DNA of 63,964 nt, counting the filler, from an uncultured bacterium (GTDB lineage: Bacteria; DAOPZR01): NCBI GenBank assembly GCA_964637655.1. It is 6 parts of 6 records of this genome, joined end to end, with 100 filler letters (N's around TTAATTAATTAA, not from the genome) between each part and the next. Parts side by side here need not be neighbours in the genome. Positions count along the whole stretch, not along the records: positions 45,484 to 56,451 come from CAZWUZ010000117.1; positions 56,552 to 63,964 come from CAZWUZ010000193.1; 4 more parts are not named here. One strand, written 5' to 3'. The notes beneath the pieces are model-generated. The model searched no databases. It was not told where the DNA came from and saw only the letters and a list, made by a program, of their open reading frames with translations. Shown piece by piece: positions 54,772 through 63,964 of this stretch (the first letter of the stretch is position 1; every line of letters starts with the position of its first letter). The position numbers and the translations under genes are program-made.

Positions 54772-54828
54772 TCGAACCCACAACCTATGGATTAAGAATC
54801 CATTGCTCTACCATTGAGCTAGCGGTCC
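54754..54828 (-). tRNA. tRNA-Lys(CTT)
   Basis: GGACCGCTAGCTCAATGGTAGAGCAATGGATT-CTT-AATCCATAGGTTGTGGGTTCGAGTCCCACGCGGTTCACCA; TTGACA-N18-TACAAT upstream. Confidence 0.94.
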
Positions 54829-54898
54829 ACGAGTTGTTGCGAACGGGATTGTATGCTATTTTGTTTGCAGTTGTCAACCCCGCAGTCAAGGAGTTCCC

Positions 54899-55198
54899 AT
54901 GATCCGCGTCAATCTGCCCACGTTCGACCTCTTCATCGACGAGCTGCATGTGCTCAAGCACAAGCGGCTCGCGCGCAACATCAAGGAGGCGCTGAATATC
55001 CGCGGCTACGTCATCCCCGAGGGCGACAAGGCGAGCTACATCTTCCAGACCATCGCTGAGTGGGATGGCGAAATCATGCTGTTCGAGTACCGCGCCCCGC
55101 TGGTCCCCGCCGCTGAATCACAGGCGGAATACGACAAGCAGAAACCCGAAGTCGAACGCGAAGGCGACCTGCGCCAGGGCTACTTCGACTCGCTGTAG
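54899..55198 (+). CDS. Hypothetical protein
   Basis: AAGGAG RBS, strong GC3 bias, 99 aa. Confidence 0.7.
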   Translation: MIRVNLPTFDLFIDELHVLKHKRLARNIKEALNIRGYVIPEGDKASYIFQTIAEWDGEIMLFEYRAPLVPAAESQAEYDKQKPEVEREGDLRQGYFDSL

Positions 55199-55308
55199 CA
55201 GCATCCCCGGCAAGCCGTTTCCTTCATCCGGGGCACTACGGGACAACGGCCGGTACAGCCCCATCACTCCGTGTGCTCTGTGTGCTCCGTGGTGGAAGCC
55301 GTGGATTT

Positions 55309-55740
55309 TCAGCAGGCGGCGCGCAGCGCGCGCCAGACCATGGCGCACCCGTCAGCCAGGCGCTGCCAGCGTCCGCCGACCGGCGTGTACTTCCCCGTGA
55401 TGTCGATGGTGTTCATCGCGCCGCGATGAAACGCGCTCACCAGCGCAAAGACCGGGGCATAGCCCGCCCCGTCGCGGTTGTTCTGCAGCACCACCACCTC
55501 ATGCCATGCCGTCTCCGTCAGGCGCTGCCGCGTCTCTGCCGGCAGCAGCTCCGTGGCAAATCGCTCACCGGGAAACGGAATGACCGCGCGCACTCCGTGC
55601 AGTGCCTCGGCGCGCGCCACATGCGGGACCTGCGCCAGCACGGTGATTTCCGCGTCAGGATACTTTTCCCGCACCACCCGGCAGGCATAGCCAAGCAGGT
55701 TGTCCCGTCCCGACCGGATAATCAGCACCTGTTCAGCCAT
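55309..55740 (-). CDS. Hypothetical protein resembling a GT9 N-terminal domain
   Basis: VLIIRSG...REKYPDAEITVL; GGAGG RBS. Confidence 0.55.
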   Translation of the reverse strand: MAEQVLIIRSGRDNLLGYACRVVREKYPDAEITVLAQVPHVARAEALHGVRAVIPFPGERFATELLPAETRQRLTETAWHEVVVLQNNRDGAGYAPVFALVSAFHRGAMNTIDITGKYTPVGGRWQRLADGCAMVWRALRAAC

Positions 55741-55753
55741 GCCACGCCTCCAC

Positions 55754-55839
55754 CGAAATGGGGACACACACTTTCGAAATGGGGACACACACTTTCAGAC
55801 GCATTTACGATAGTTCCGTTTCTGAAAGTGTGTGTCCCC
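55754..55839. repeat. REP-like element: 21-bp direct repeat plus 19-bp perfect inverted repeat
   Basis: CGAAATGGGGACACACACTTT twice; GGGGACACACACTTTCAGA (55781) pairs with TCTGAAAGTGTGTGTCCCC (55821). Confidence 0.8.
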
Positions 55840-56451
55840 TGTCAAGAAACTGGCGGCACCAGAGTTCGAAGGTGGCGAGCAGCCAGAGTTTCGTCGCTTC
55901 GCCCATCGTCGGTGCTGCCTGTGCCGCCAGGTCGAGCGTCGCCGCGCTGTAGAACCCGCGCTGCCGCGTGCGGCTGTCGCCGAGCAGGTCGCGCAGCCAG
56001 CTGTGGAACTTCGGCTGCGCCAGCCACTGCGCCAGCGGCGCGGTAAATCCCTGCTTCTTCCGTCGTTCGATTTCCCACGGCAGCAGCCCGCCCGCCGCGC
56101 GCTTCAGCGCAATTTTGAGTTCCTTCCCCTTCACCTTCTCGCGCACGGGGAGGCCCGCGGCATACTCGACGATTTTGCGGTCGAGCAGCGGGACGCGCGC
56201 CTCGAGTGAGACCGCCATCGTCGCGCGGTCCACCTTCATCAGCAGGTCGTCGGGGAGCCAGCCGCAGAAATCGGTATGCAGGCAGCGCGTGACCGGGTCC
56301 AGGCGCGTGGCTGCCGCGTCGCGCATCGCCAGCGGAGACCCCGAAGCGAGCGTGATGGCGGCGTGAAAGTCGCCGGTCAGGTACTGACGGCGGTCAATCC
56401 CGTCGAACACCTGCGTAATGCCCCGGTAGGGCTCGTCGAGGCGCGGCGGCT
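55805..56451 (-). CDS. asnB: Asparagine synthetase B-like amidotransferase, C-terminal part
   Basis: LPDDLLMKVDRATMAVSLEARVPLLD, RKKQGF..PL..W, LWLLATFELW. Confidence 0.9.
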
Positions 56452-56551
56452 NNNNNNNNNNNNNNNNNNNNNNNNNNNNNNNNNNNNNNNNNNNNTTAAT
56501 TAATTAANNNNNNNNNNNNNNNNNNNNNNNNNNNNNNNNNNNNNNNNNNNN
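56452..56551. other. Artificial contig linker
   Basis: N run with TTAATTAATTAA. Confidence 0.98.
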
Positions 56552-56639
56552 GTCGGGAATATCTGGATTTATGCCAGCATAGTTGCTAAGAGGGCTGATT
56601 TACAGGTTGGAATATAACCAAAGAAAGGAGGTGAGAAAT

Positions 56640-56774
56640 ATGCCACACAAGGATGGAAAAGGGCCAAAAGGTAGAGGGCTGCGCGATGGCCACGGTGGCG
56701 GGCAAGGCAAAGGTACAAACAAGTCCGCCGGGGCGAGAAAAGGCGGGAAGAAAGGCGGATGTCAGACACCCTGA
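56640..56774 (+). CDS. Small Gly/Lys-rich protein (DUF5320-like)
   Basis: Strong AAGGAGGTGA RBS; MPHKDGKGPKGRG...KKGGC. Confidence 0.65.
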   Translation: MPHKDGKGPKGRGLRDGHGGGQGKGTNKSAGARKGGKKGGCQTP

Positions 56775-56923
56775 ATACAGTGTAATTGAAAGAAGTTGTG
56801 CTTGTCCCGACGTATTCCGGGGGCACGGCCTGCAGATGTTGACGCTCAGGCCGCTGCGGGTATCTACACCGGCGGGGCGCATCGCTCGGCGGCGAGAGCG
56901 GGCGTGTGGTTATTACCAACTGA

Positions 56924-57994
56924 TTGTCCCGCCGGCAGCATTGCCGGCGGGGTGTTTCTTCAGCGCGGCAAGAGCTTCATGACGAGAAGATAACCGCTCA
57001 CCGCGCTCGCGGCAATGCTGATATTCTGTCCGCCGCTGCATTCCGGATAACCGGGTGGGGGCGCAAAGGAGAAGACAACGCCTTGCTGCGACAGCTCACC
57101 TTCACCGCCACGGACCTCGATGGGGTCGCCGAACTCGACCGGCGCTTTGCCGCTGCCGATCTCGCGGCGCCCTGGGTTCAGGAATTCTTCATCGGCGCCT
57201 ACGAGAGCCTTCTCCGCCACCTGCCCGCCGCCGCGCCCGCGATCGCCGTTCCCTACAACGCCGGCACGCTCATCGCCACTGCGAATCATAAGCTCGTCGG
57301 CATCGATCTCGCGCTGATCGAGGACTACTACGGCGGCGCCGACCGGGCGATTCCCGCCGCGCTCTATGAACGCCTTGTCGACCGCCTTGTCGACCGCCTC
57401 GATCTTCTCATCGTCTCACACGGTCATGGGGATCACTGCTGGATCAGGCTGATAGAGGCGATGCTTCTTCGCGGCAAGACCGTCATCGTCCCCGCGGGGA
57501 TTCAAGGATCCTTCGGCAAGACGATCCCCCCCGGCTGTCGCGGCGTCGCCGACGGGGAGAGCTTCTGGTTCGACGGCCTCCACCTTTCCTTCCGCTTCAG
57601 CGTTCACGCTTACGATAACGGGAGGGGCGTGCGGATGATCACGACCCGGCTCTGGGACGGTCATCGCAGCATTCTGCACACCGCCGACGCCGATTCGACA
57701 AACCCGGCGGGTTTTTTCTATGATGACCGCTATCCGACTGACGTACTGCTCTTCAAGGTCGGCGGCGTCTCGCCGGTGCTCCACGACAACGAGGAGATGG
57801 AACGAACGATCGATCTCGTCGCCCCGCGGCGCCTCATCCTGCCGATGCATCTGAACGAACTGGGGCACCGGGGGACCGACGCCTGCCGCGCCTACGCCGA
57901 GGTTCACGGTTGGCTCGATCGCTACCGCCGACGCGGGCGCCTTGGTGAGCGCCGTTTCGCCGTGCTCTTCGGGAACCGCGTCGTCCGGCAGTGA
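56924..57994 (+). CDS. Metallo-beta-lactamase-fold hydrolase (start uncertain)
   Basis: SHGHGDH, HTAD, LILPMHLNELGH. Confidence 0.8.
   Translation: MSRRQHCRRGVSSARQELHDEKITAHRARGNADILSAAAFRITGWGRKGEDNALLRQLTFTATDLDGVAELDRRFAAADLAAPWVQEFFIGAYESLLRHLPAAAPAIAVPYNAGTLIATANHKLVGIDLALIEDYYGGADRAIPAALYERLVDRLVDRLDLLIVSHGHGDHCWIRLIEAMLLRGKTVIVPAGIQGSFGKTIPPGCRGVADGESFWFDGLHLSFRFSVHAYDNGRGVRMITTRLWDGHRSILHTADADSTNPAGFFYDDRYPTDVLLFKVGGVSPVLHDNEEMERTIDLVAPRRLILPMHLNELGHRGTDACRAYAEVHGWLDRYRRRGRLGERRFAVLFGNRVVRQ
56928..56960 (+). terminator. Terminator-like hairpin
   Basis: CCCGCCGGCA-GCAT-TGCCGGCGGG followed by GTGTTTCTT. Confidence 0.55.
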
Positions 57995-58251
57995 GGCCCG
58001 AACGAGACGCGCTCTTCGCCCGACCACGGATCATCTCACCATGAATCAATGGTGTACAAGTCCATAGGCCATTCCATCCAGCGCCACAGCGAACAGGCAC
58101 CACAACACCGCCACCCGCCGCCGGCAAAGCGTGCGACCAATCCGCACCAGCAGGAACGTATTCTGCGTCCGCATATCCATCGCCAATCCACCACCAGCCC
58201 CTGCGACTCTCACCGCCGCCAGCTTCACACTACCGCCTCGCCCAACCGGCG

Positions 58252-58707
58252 TCAACGCGGTTTCCGCGTCAGGTCAGCCAGGTTCACCGCGTTGACGGCC
58301 GCCCGGGCCCGGTCGGCAAGCGCATAAGCCGCCGGGGCGTTGTAGGTGAAAGCCGACAGGCACACGAGGCCGGACTCGGCCAGCGCGGCATCAGTCACAG
58401 GTTTGAGCATCTCGCAGTAGATCCGCACCACCGCGCCGCGGGCCGCGGCGAGCGCACCCAGCGTCGGCAGCGCCAGGCCGGGCACCGGGTACCGGGAATA
58501 AATGTGATGCCCCGGCACGCGCGGTTCAACCATGACTGCGTGCGCGGGCTTCACGACGGAAACGGCGGTCTGGTGCTGCATTCCGGCAATGGTCTCATCG
58601 ACCTTATCGCCGCATTCGACAATAAATACCCGGTTATTCGCACTCGCAGCTGCACGTTGACCTTCCGCATGCTCAGGGCCGGGCACAACCGCTGCCACAA
58701 CCATCAT
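58252..58707 (-). CDS. Possible hypothetical protein
   Basis: 151-aa ORF in an otherwise empty region; no recognised motif. Confidence 0.3.
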   Translation of the reverse strand: MMVVAAVVPGPEHAEGQRAAASANNRVFIVECGDKVDETIAGMQHQTAVSVVKPAHAVMVEPRVPGHHIYSRYPVPGLALPTLGALAAARGAVVRIYCEMLKPVTDAALAESGLVCLSAFTYNAPAAYALADRARAAVNAVNLADLTRKPR

Positions 58708-58974
58708 AACGTTCGCCCACTACATCACCAGCCCATAGGACATTCAATCCCCGCCGCCGTGCCCTTTTCCTGCCACTACCCGCATCGTAACACCCTGCCT
58801 GACCGCCGTCAACGGATTTTGTCCCGGAAGCTGACCGCCCCGCCACCGTATTTTTCCCTCCTCCGGTGACAGCCGCACATGCTGCCGCCATCAGCACACC
58901 ATGCGGGATATCGACTGCGGACTGATGCAGGGAACACTGCTGAAACACAGAGGGAGACGTCAGACGACAGCGGG

Positions 58975-59958
58975 CTACTCCGGCGGCAGGCCGACCAGCG
59001 CAAAGATGATGTGCCGGCTGAGCTGCACCGTGCGGGCAAACCGTTCGGTGCCTGACGCGGCCAGCGGATCCGGAAGCACACTTTCCACCGTTTCAGCGTG
59101 GGTGACCGTGAGGTCGCCGGCGGCGGGATTCCGCGCTGAGTTGCCCGGCAGGCGCTGCAGCCACCAGCTGCCACTGCGCTGTTCATGCCAGGTACTGAAA
59201 ACCGCGTCGGTACCGGCCGGAACAAGACCGAAGGTATCCGCGGGAAGCGCATAGCGCATCCCGGCAAGATCGTTGTCGCTCGTTTCGCTCACCTGCAGGC
59301 ACGCCATACCGCGCTGCGTGGTCCAGCCCTCATGGCGGAACTGCCGCACATAGGCGAGCGCGCGGTCAGCGGGTGCCGGCGCCGGGAGCGCGCCCGTCTC
59401 CGTCCACGCTTCGCTGCCGGTGTGCACCGGCGGAAACAGTTCGCGCCAGCAGGCGAGCAGCGCGGCGAAAGTATCGCCGGCGTACGCCGCAGCGAACTGC
59501 AGCCCGCGCTGCGGGTGCAGTGTTGCCGGCCACGGACGGCGCACCGTCGGCAGCGGCAGGTTGACGAGTTTTTCCGGCACGGCCAGCGCGAAGCCAGCGC
59601 GGTTGTAGAAGTAGACCGTGTCGCCGGCAAAGCCGATGCAGGTGCTCTCCGTCCCCGCCTCCGCGGTCAGCAGGAAACTGTCATACCCGCATTGCACGCG
59701 CACGGTGCCGTCGCTGTCCGTACCCGCGGCGGTGATGAAAACCTGCGCGCTGATGCGCGTGCGGATTTCCGGTTCGACGCGGTTGGGGTCCGTCACCGCC
59801 AGCGGCAGGCGGTGCTGCGCGAGAAATGACTCGTCCACCGTCACCGCGTAGCGCAGCGTTTCGCCGGCAGCGAGCGTGTAGTCGTGCCGGGCGACCGGGT
59901 CGCCGCATCCCGCCAGCAGCAGACCGAGCAGACCGAGCAGCAGCCAGCGTTTTACCAT
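58975..59958 (-). CDS. Hypothetical lipoprotein
   Basis: MVKRWLLLGLLGLLLAG|C lipobox; overlaps the stop of the upstream peptidase. Confidence 0.75.
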   Translation of the reverse strand: MVKRWLLLGLLGLLLAGCGDPVARHDYTLAAGETLRYAVTVDESFLAQHRLPLAVTDPNRVEPEIRTRISAQVFITAAGTDSDGTVRVQCGYDSFLLTAEAGTESTCIGFAGDTVYFYNRAGFALAVPEKLVNLPLPTVRRPWPATLHPQRGLQFAAAYAGDTFAALLACWRELFPPVHTGSEAWTETGALPAPAPADRALAYVRQFRHEGWTTQRGMACLQVSETSDNDLAGMRYALPADTFGLVPAGTDAVFSTWHEQRSGSWWLQRLPGNSARNPAAGDLTVTHAETVESVLPDPLAASGTERFARTVQLSRHIIFALVGLPPE

Positions 59959-61379
59959 GACTGTTTGAGAAAGGCCGCCATGAGCAGGTAGGTCGCATAG
60001 AGATCGGCCTTGTGCACTATTTCCCACGGCGAATGCATGCCGAGGATGGCGGGCCCGGCATCGAGCACGTCCATGCCACAGGCGCCGAGAAACTTGGCGA
60101 TGGTCCCGCCGCCCCCTTCGTCGATTTTGCCGTGTTCGCCCGCCTGCCACGGGATGCCCTGCGCGCGCAGCAGGCGCGTGATCTCACCCATGTATTCCGC
60201 CGACGCCTCGGCGCTTCCCGACTTGCCGCCGGAGCCCGTGAACTTGGTCAGCACGACACCGTAGCCGGCGAGCGGCGCGTTCGACGACTCGTAGACGTCC
60301 TTGTAGGCGGGTACCGGCGCCCCGGCCACGTCGCCCGACAGCGCGCGCGATGCGCGCCAGACCTGCACCAGGTCGGCCGCGAGGTCGGTGCTCCCCTGCC
60401 GCTTGAGCAGTTCCGTAACGACATCCTCGAGCAGGCGCGACTTCGCCCCCGTGTCACCCTCGCTCCCCGTTTCCTCCTTGTCGAAGAGCACGACCAGCGC
60501 GGTATGCGCGGGGCGCTTCTGCGCGAAGAGCGCCTGCAGCGCGGCGTAGGCGCAGCTGCGGTCGTCATGCCCGTAGCCGCCGATGAGCGCGCGGTCGAAC
60601 CCGACATCCGCGGTTTTCGCCGCCGGCACGGCGCAGAGGTCGGCGCCGATGAGGTCCTCCTCGGTCAGCCCGTAGCGCTGCTGCAGCTGCTGCAGCACCC
60701 CGAGTTTCAGTTTCTGCTTCACGTCCTCGTCCGCCACCGGCAGCCCCCCGGCGAGGATGAGCAGTTCCTCGCCGGTAACCGCCTCGCGCAGTTTCTTTTC
60801 GTTCTGCCGCTTGTAGGCGAGGTGCGGCTCGAGGTCGGGGATGGTGAAGAGCGGGTCGCCCGGTTCGTCGCCGATGGCGATGGTGGCACGCGACCCGTCG
60901 GCGCGGATGGCCACCCCGTGCAGCGCCAGCGGCACGTTCGTCCACTGATACTTCTTGATGCCGCCGTAGTAATGGGTGCGCAGCGCGACCACGCCGCTGT
61001 CCTCGAAGAGCGGGCGCGCCTTGAGGTCGAGACGCGGCGAATCGATATGCGCCGCCAGCACGCTGATGCCGTCGGTGAGCGGGCGCGTCCCGGTAACCAG
61101 CAGCACCAGCGCGCGGCGCTTCTGCACGAAATAGAAGCGGTGCCCGGCGCCGCGCCCGCCCCCCGCGGTGAAATCAGCAAAGCCCGCCTTGCGCGCCAGT
61201 TTCACCGCCTGCTGTACGCACAACCGCTCGGTGCGCGCGCGGTCGAGGAACGCCATGTACCCCCCGGCAAAGCGCAGCGCGGCGTCGCGCTGTTTATCGT
61301 CCCACTGCGCCCAGGCCGGGCGCGGCGTATAGGCGAGTTTCTTCTCCAGGTCCTGCAGTTTCGTCGTTTTCTTCGTCAT
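59952..61379 (-). CDS. M18 family aminopeptidase (aminopeptidase I/ApeA type)
   Basis: AHIDSPRLDLK, THYYGGIKKYQW, YGHDDR, DKEETGS, GGGGTIA, MHSPWE. Confidence 0.93.
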   Translation of the reverse strand: MTKKTTKLQDLEKKLAYTPRPAWAQWDDKQRDAALRFAGGYMAFLDRARTERLCVQQAVKLARKAGFADFTAGGGRGAGHRFYFVQKRRALVLLVTGTRPLTDGISVLAAHIDSPRLDLKARPLFEDSGVVALRTHYYGGIKKYQWTNVPLALHGVAIRADGSRATIAIGDEPGDPLFTIPDLEPHLAYKRQNEKKLREAVTGEELLILAGGLPVADEDVKQKLKLGVLQQLQQRYGLTEEDLIGADLCAVPAAKTADVGFDRALIGGYGHDDRSCAYAALQALFAQKRPAHTALVVLFDKEETGSEGDTGAKSRLLEDVVTELLKRQGSTDLAADLVQVWRASRALSGDVAGAPVPAYKDVYESSNAPLAGYGVVLTKFTGSGGKSGSAEASAEYMGEITRLLRAQGIPWQAGEHGKIDEGGGGTIAKFLGACGMDVLDAGPAILGMHSPWEIVHKADLYATYLLMAAFLKQSW

Positions 61380-61389
61380 GGTCGTCCTC

Positions 61390-63890
61390 TCAGAACAGCG
61401 TCAGTTGCCCGTCCTCCGGCATGCCCGCCAGCGCGCCGGCCGCGCGCAGCGCCTCCACCTGCGCGCTGTTGACCCCGCAGCGGTCGCGCAGTTCGCGGAT
61501 GGTGCGCAGTTCCTGCCGCTCGCGCTCCGCGATGATCCGCCGCGCCACCTTTTCGCCCAGCCCGCCGATGGCCATCAGCGGCTGGCGCAGTTTTCCCTCT
61601 TCGAGGGCAAACTTCGCCACCGGCGAATGCTGCAGGTGCACGGGGAGGAACTGCACGCCGCGCGCGTAGCACTCGCGCGCCACTTCCAGCAGCACCAGCA
61701 GCTTTTCCTCCTTCTGCGTCAGCCGCTCGAGCGCGCGGTCCTTCTCCCGCCGCTGGAACTCCGCCAGTTTCTCCGCCACCGCCGCCGCGCCGCTGCCGAT
61801 CAGCGCGTCGTACTCCGTCAGCTTGGTGGTGAAGTACGCCGCGTAGAAGGCGGCGGGCTGGTAGACCTTGAAGTAGGCGCAGCGCAGCGCCATCAGCGTG
61901 TAGGCCGCCGCATGCGCCTTGGGGAACATGTACTTGATCAGGTTGCACGACTCGATGTACCACTCGGGCACCCCGCAGCCGCGCATCGCCTGCATGTCCT
62001 TCGCCTCGAGTTTTTTTCCCTTGCGCACCCGTTCCATGATCTGGAAGGCATGCCGCGCGGGGAGGCCCGCCTGCTGCAGGTAGAGCATGATGTCGTCGCG
62101 CAGGGCGATGACCTCGCGCAGCGACGCCTTGCCCTCCTTGATGAAGCGCTCGGCATTGCCCGACCAGACATCGGTGCCGTGCGACAGTCCGGAGATGAGC
62201 AGCAGCTCGACGATGGTTTTCGGTTTCGTCGCCTCGAGCATGCGCCGCACGAACGACGTGCCGAATTCCGGCAGCCCGAGCACCCCCAGGCCGCAGCCGA
62301 TGTCGGCACGCTTCACCTTCAGCGAGCGCACCGACGAGAAGAGGCGCAGCGTGGCGGGATCGTCGAGCGGGATGCTCAGCGGGTCGATGCCGGTATAGTC
62401 CTGCAGCAGGCGCATGGTGGACGGCATATCGTGCCCGAGGATGTCGAGCTTGACCAGCTGGTTTTCCATCACGTGGTAGTCGAAATGCGTCGTCAGCGCC
62501 TTCTCCCCGCCCGTACTCTCGCCGGGGAAGTTGACGGGCGTGAAGCGGTTGATATCCTCCGTGGCGGGGACCAGCACGAGGCCGCCCGGATGCTGCCCGT
62601 TGGCGCTCTTCACCCCGACGAGGCCGCGCGCCAGGCGGCGGTCCTCCGCCCGCCCGAAACTGCGCCCGGTCTTCTCCGCGAACTTGCGCGCATAGCCGAT
62701 GGCGTTCTTCTCCTTGAGCGTGAGCACCGTGCCGGCGCGGAACACATTCTCCTTGCCGAGCATATCGATGACGTACTGGTGCGCCTGCGGCTGGTACTCG
62801 CCGGCGAAGTTGAGATCGATGTCGGGGGTCTTGTCCCCCTCGAAGCCGACGAAGGTCTCGAACGGAATGTTGTAGCCGTCGCGCAGTTCGGTCTTGCCGC
62901 AGGCGGGACAGGCGCGCAGCGGCAGGTCGGGCCCGACCGCGGCGAGCACGCTGAATTCGAAGTGCCGGCAGCGCGGGCAGCGGTAATGCGGGGCAAGCGG
63001 ATTGACCTCGGTGATGCCGCAGAGGTAGGCGACGAAGGAGGAACCGACCGAGCCGCGCGACCCGACAAGATAGCCGTCGTCGTTCGACTTCTTCACCAGT
63101 TTCTGCGCCATGAGGTAGAGGTCGGCGAACTGGTTGCCGATGATCTTGCCCAGTTCATACTCCATGCGCTCGCGCACCGTTGCCGGCGGATCGTCGCCGC
63201 CGAACTGCCGCAGCCCCGCCTCGGCCAGGCGGCGGAGTTCGTCCGCCGCCCCCGGCAGGCGCGGCGAGTAAAACCCGTCGGGGATGGGCTGGACGCTGTC
63301 GCACAGCGCGGCGATGCGCTGCGGGTGGTCGATAACCGCCGCCTGCGCCGCGGCCGCTTCCAGCCACGGAAACTCCGCGAGCATCTCCGCGGTGGTGCGC
63401 AGGTGCAGCGGCACCTCGCGTTCCGCGTCGGCGAACCCGAGCCCGACCTGCAGCACGCGCCGGAAATAGGCGTCCTGCGGATCGAGGAAATGGACGTCGG
63501 AGGTCGCCACCGTCATCCGTCCCGCCTGCTCCCCGAGTTCCCAGACGCGGCGGTTGAGCGCGTGCAGGTCCTCGTCGGTGTGGAACCCCGGTTTCGTGCC
63601 GAGCATGAAGCGGTTGTTGCCGACCGGCTGCATCTCGAGGTAGTCGTAGAAGCGCGCGGTCGCCTGCAGATCGGCCGCCGGCGCATGGGCGAGCAGGGCA
63701 CGGATCACCTCACCCTTCTCGCAGGCGCTGCCGAGCAGCAGCCCGTCGCGATGCTGCGCCAGCGTGCTGCGCAGCAGGCGCGGCACGCGGTAGAAGGTTT
63801 CCGTGTAGGAGCGGCTGACCAGCGTGTAGAGATTGCGCAGCCCGACTTCGTTGCGCGCCAGCAGGATGATGTGGTGCAGGCCCGGGACGC
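61390..63890 (-). CDS. polC: PolC-type DNA polymerase III alpha (5' part outside window)
   Basis: GLRNLYTLVS, GSACEKGE, VGSRGSVGSS, zinc finger CPRC..CPACG, PDIDLNF, THFDYH, KLDILGHD, YMFPKAHAAAY, terminal clamp motif QLTLF. Confidence 0.95.
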
Positions 63891-63964
63891 GGCGGGGGGG
63901 CGCCCCGCCCCCCCCGACCCGTCCGCCCGCCCGGAGGGGCCCCCCACCCCCCGCCCGGCGCGGG

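Noticed and set aside
58062-58751. Imperfect 18-bp direct repeat CCATAGG(C/A)CATTC(C/A)ATCC at about 58062 and 58733
   Set aside because: Two mismatched short copies with no mobile-element gene between them; cannot be distinguished from chance or old duplication
63891-63964. G/C-run low-complexity stretch as a G-quadruplex or regulatory element
   Set aside because: Lies at the window end where polC coding should continue; looks like low-quality sequence

Overview
High-GC bacterial DNA made of six unrelated contigs joined by artificial 100-nt N/TTAATTAATTAA linkers, plus one internal N gap inside a tandem repeat. The four complete contigs are about 11 kb and decrease in length, which suggests a size-sorted draft or MAG, so adjacency across linkers is meaningless. 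Contig 1: type IVa pilus genes pilB-pilT-pilC, a PilS/PilR-like two-component pair and nadB, converging on a Tad cluster (tadA/cpaF, tadB, tadC, DUF192). Contig 2: DUF1116 (AllG/YlbE-like), a cyclase-family hydrolase, a nitrilase-family amidase, and an operon of mdcA, a Na+-pumping biotin decarboxylase (carboxyltransferase, OadG-like, biotin carrier, OadB-like), fabF and fabD, then lipA. Contig 3: a divergent transketolase, an RsmH paralog, a GT4, a Flp-pilin/Ig fusion, a beta-carbonic anhydrase, a 2-oxoacid:ferredoxin oxidoreductase, a GNAT, and a MarR-type regulator plus LoaP-like antiterminator. Contig 4: ruvA-ruvC-yebC-EF-G2, a GT2, an RsbW-like protein, membrane proteins and hflX-miaA. 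Contig 5: brnT, a membrane-anchored tandem-TRAM protein, engB-lon-clpX-clpP-tig, tRNA-Leu and tRNA-Lys with unusual repeat arrays between them, and asnB. Contig 6: an MBL hydrolase, a lipoprotein, an M18 aminopeptidase and a PolC-type polymerase. The best candidate for an undescribed system is the contig-2 cluster. It may encode an energy-conserving ureide/malonamate-to-malonate pathway feeding an ACP-independent, CoA-linked malonate decarboxylase Na+ pump; this is inference. All annotations come from motif recognition by eye; no database searches were run.
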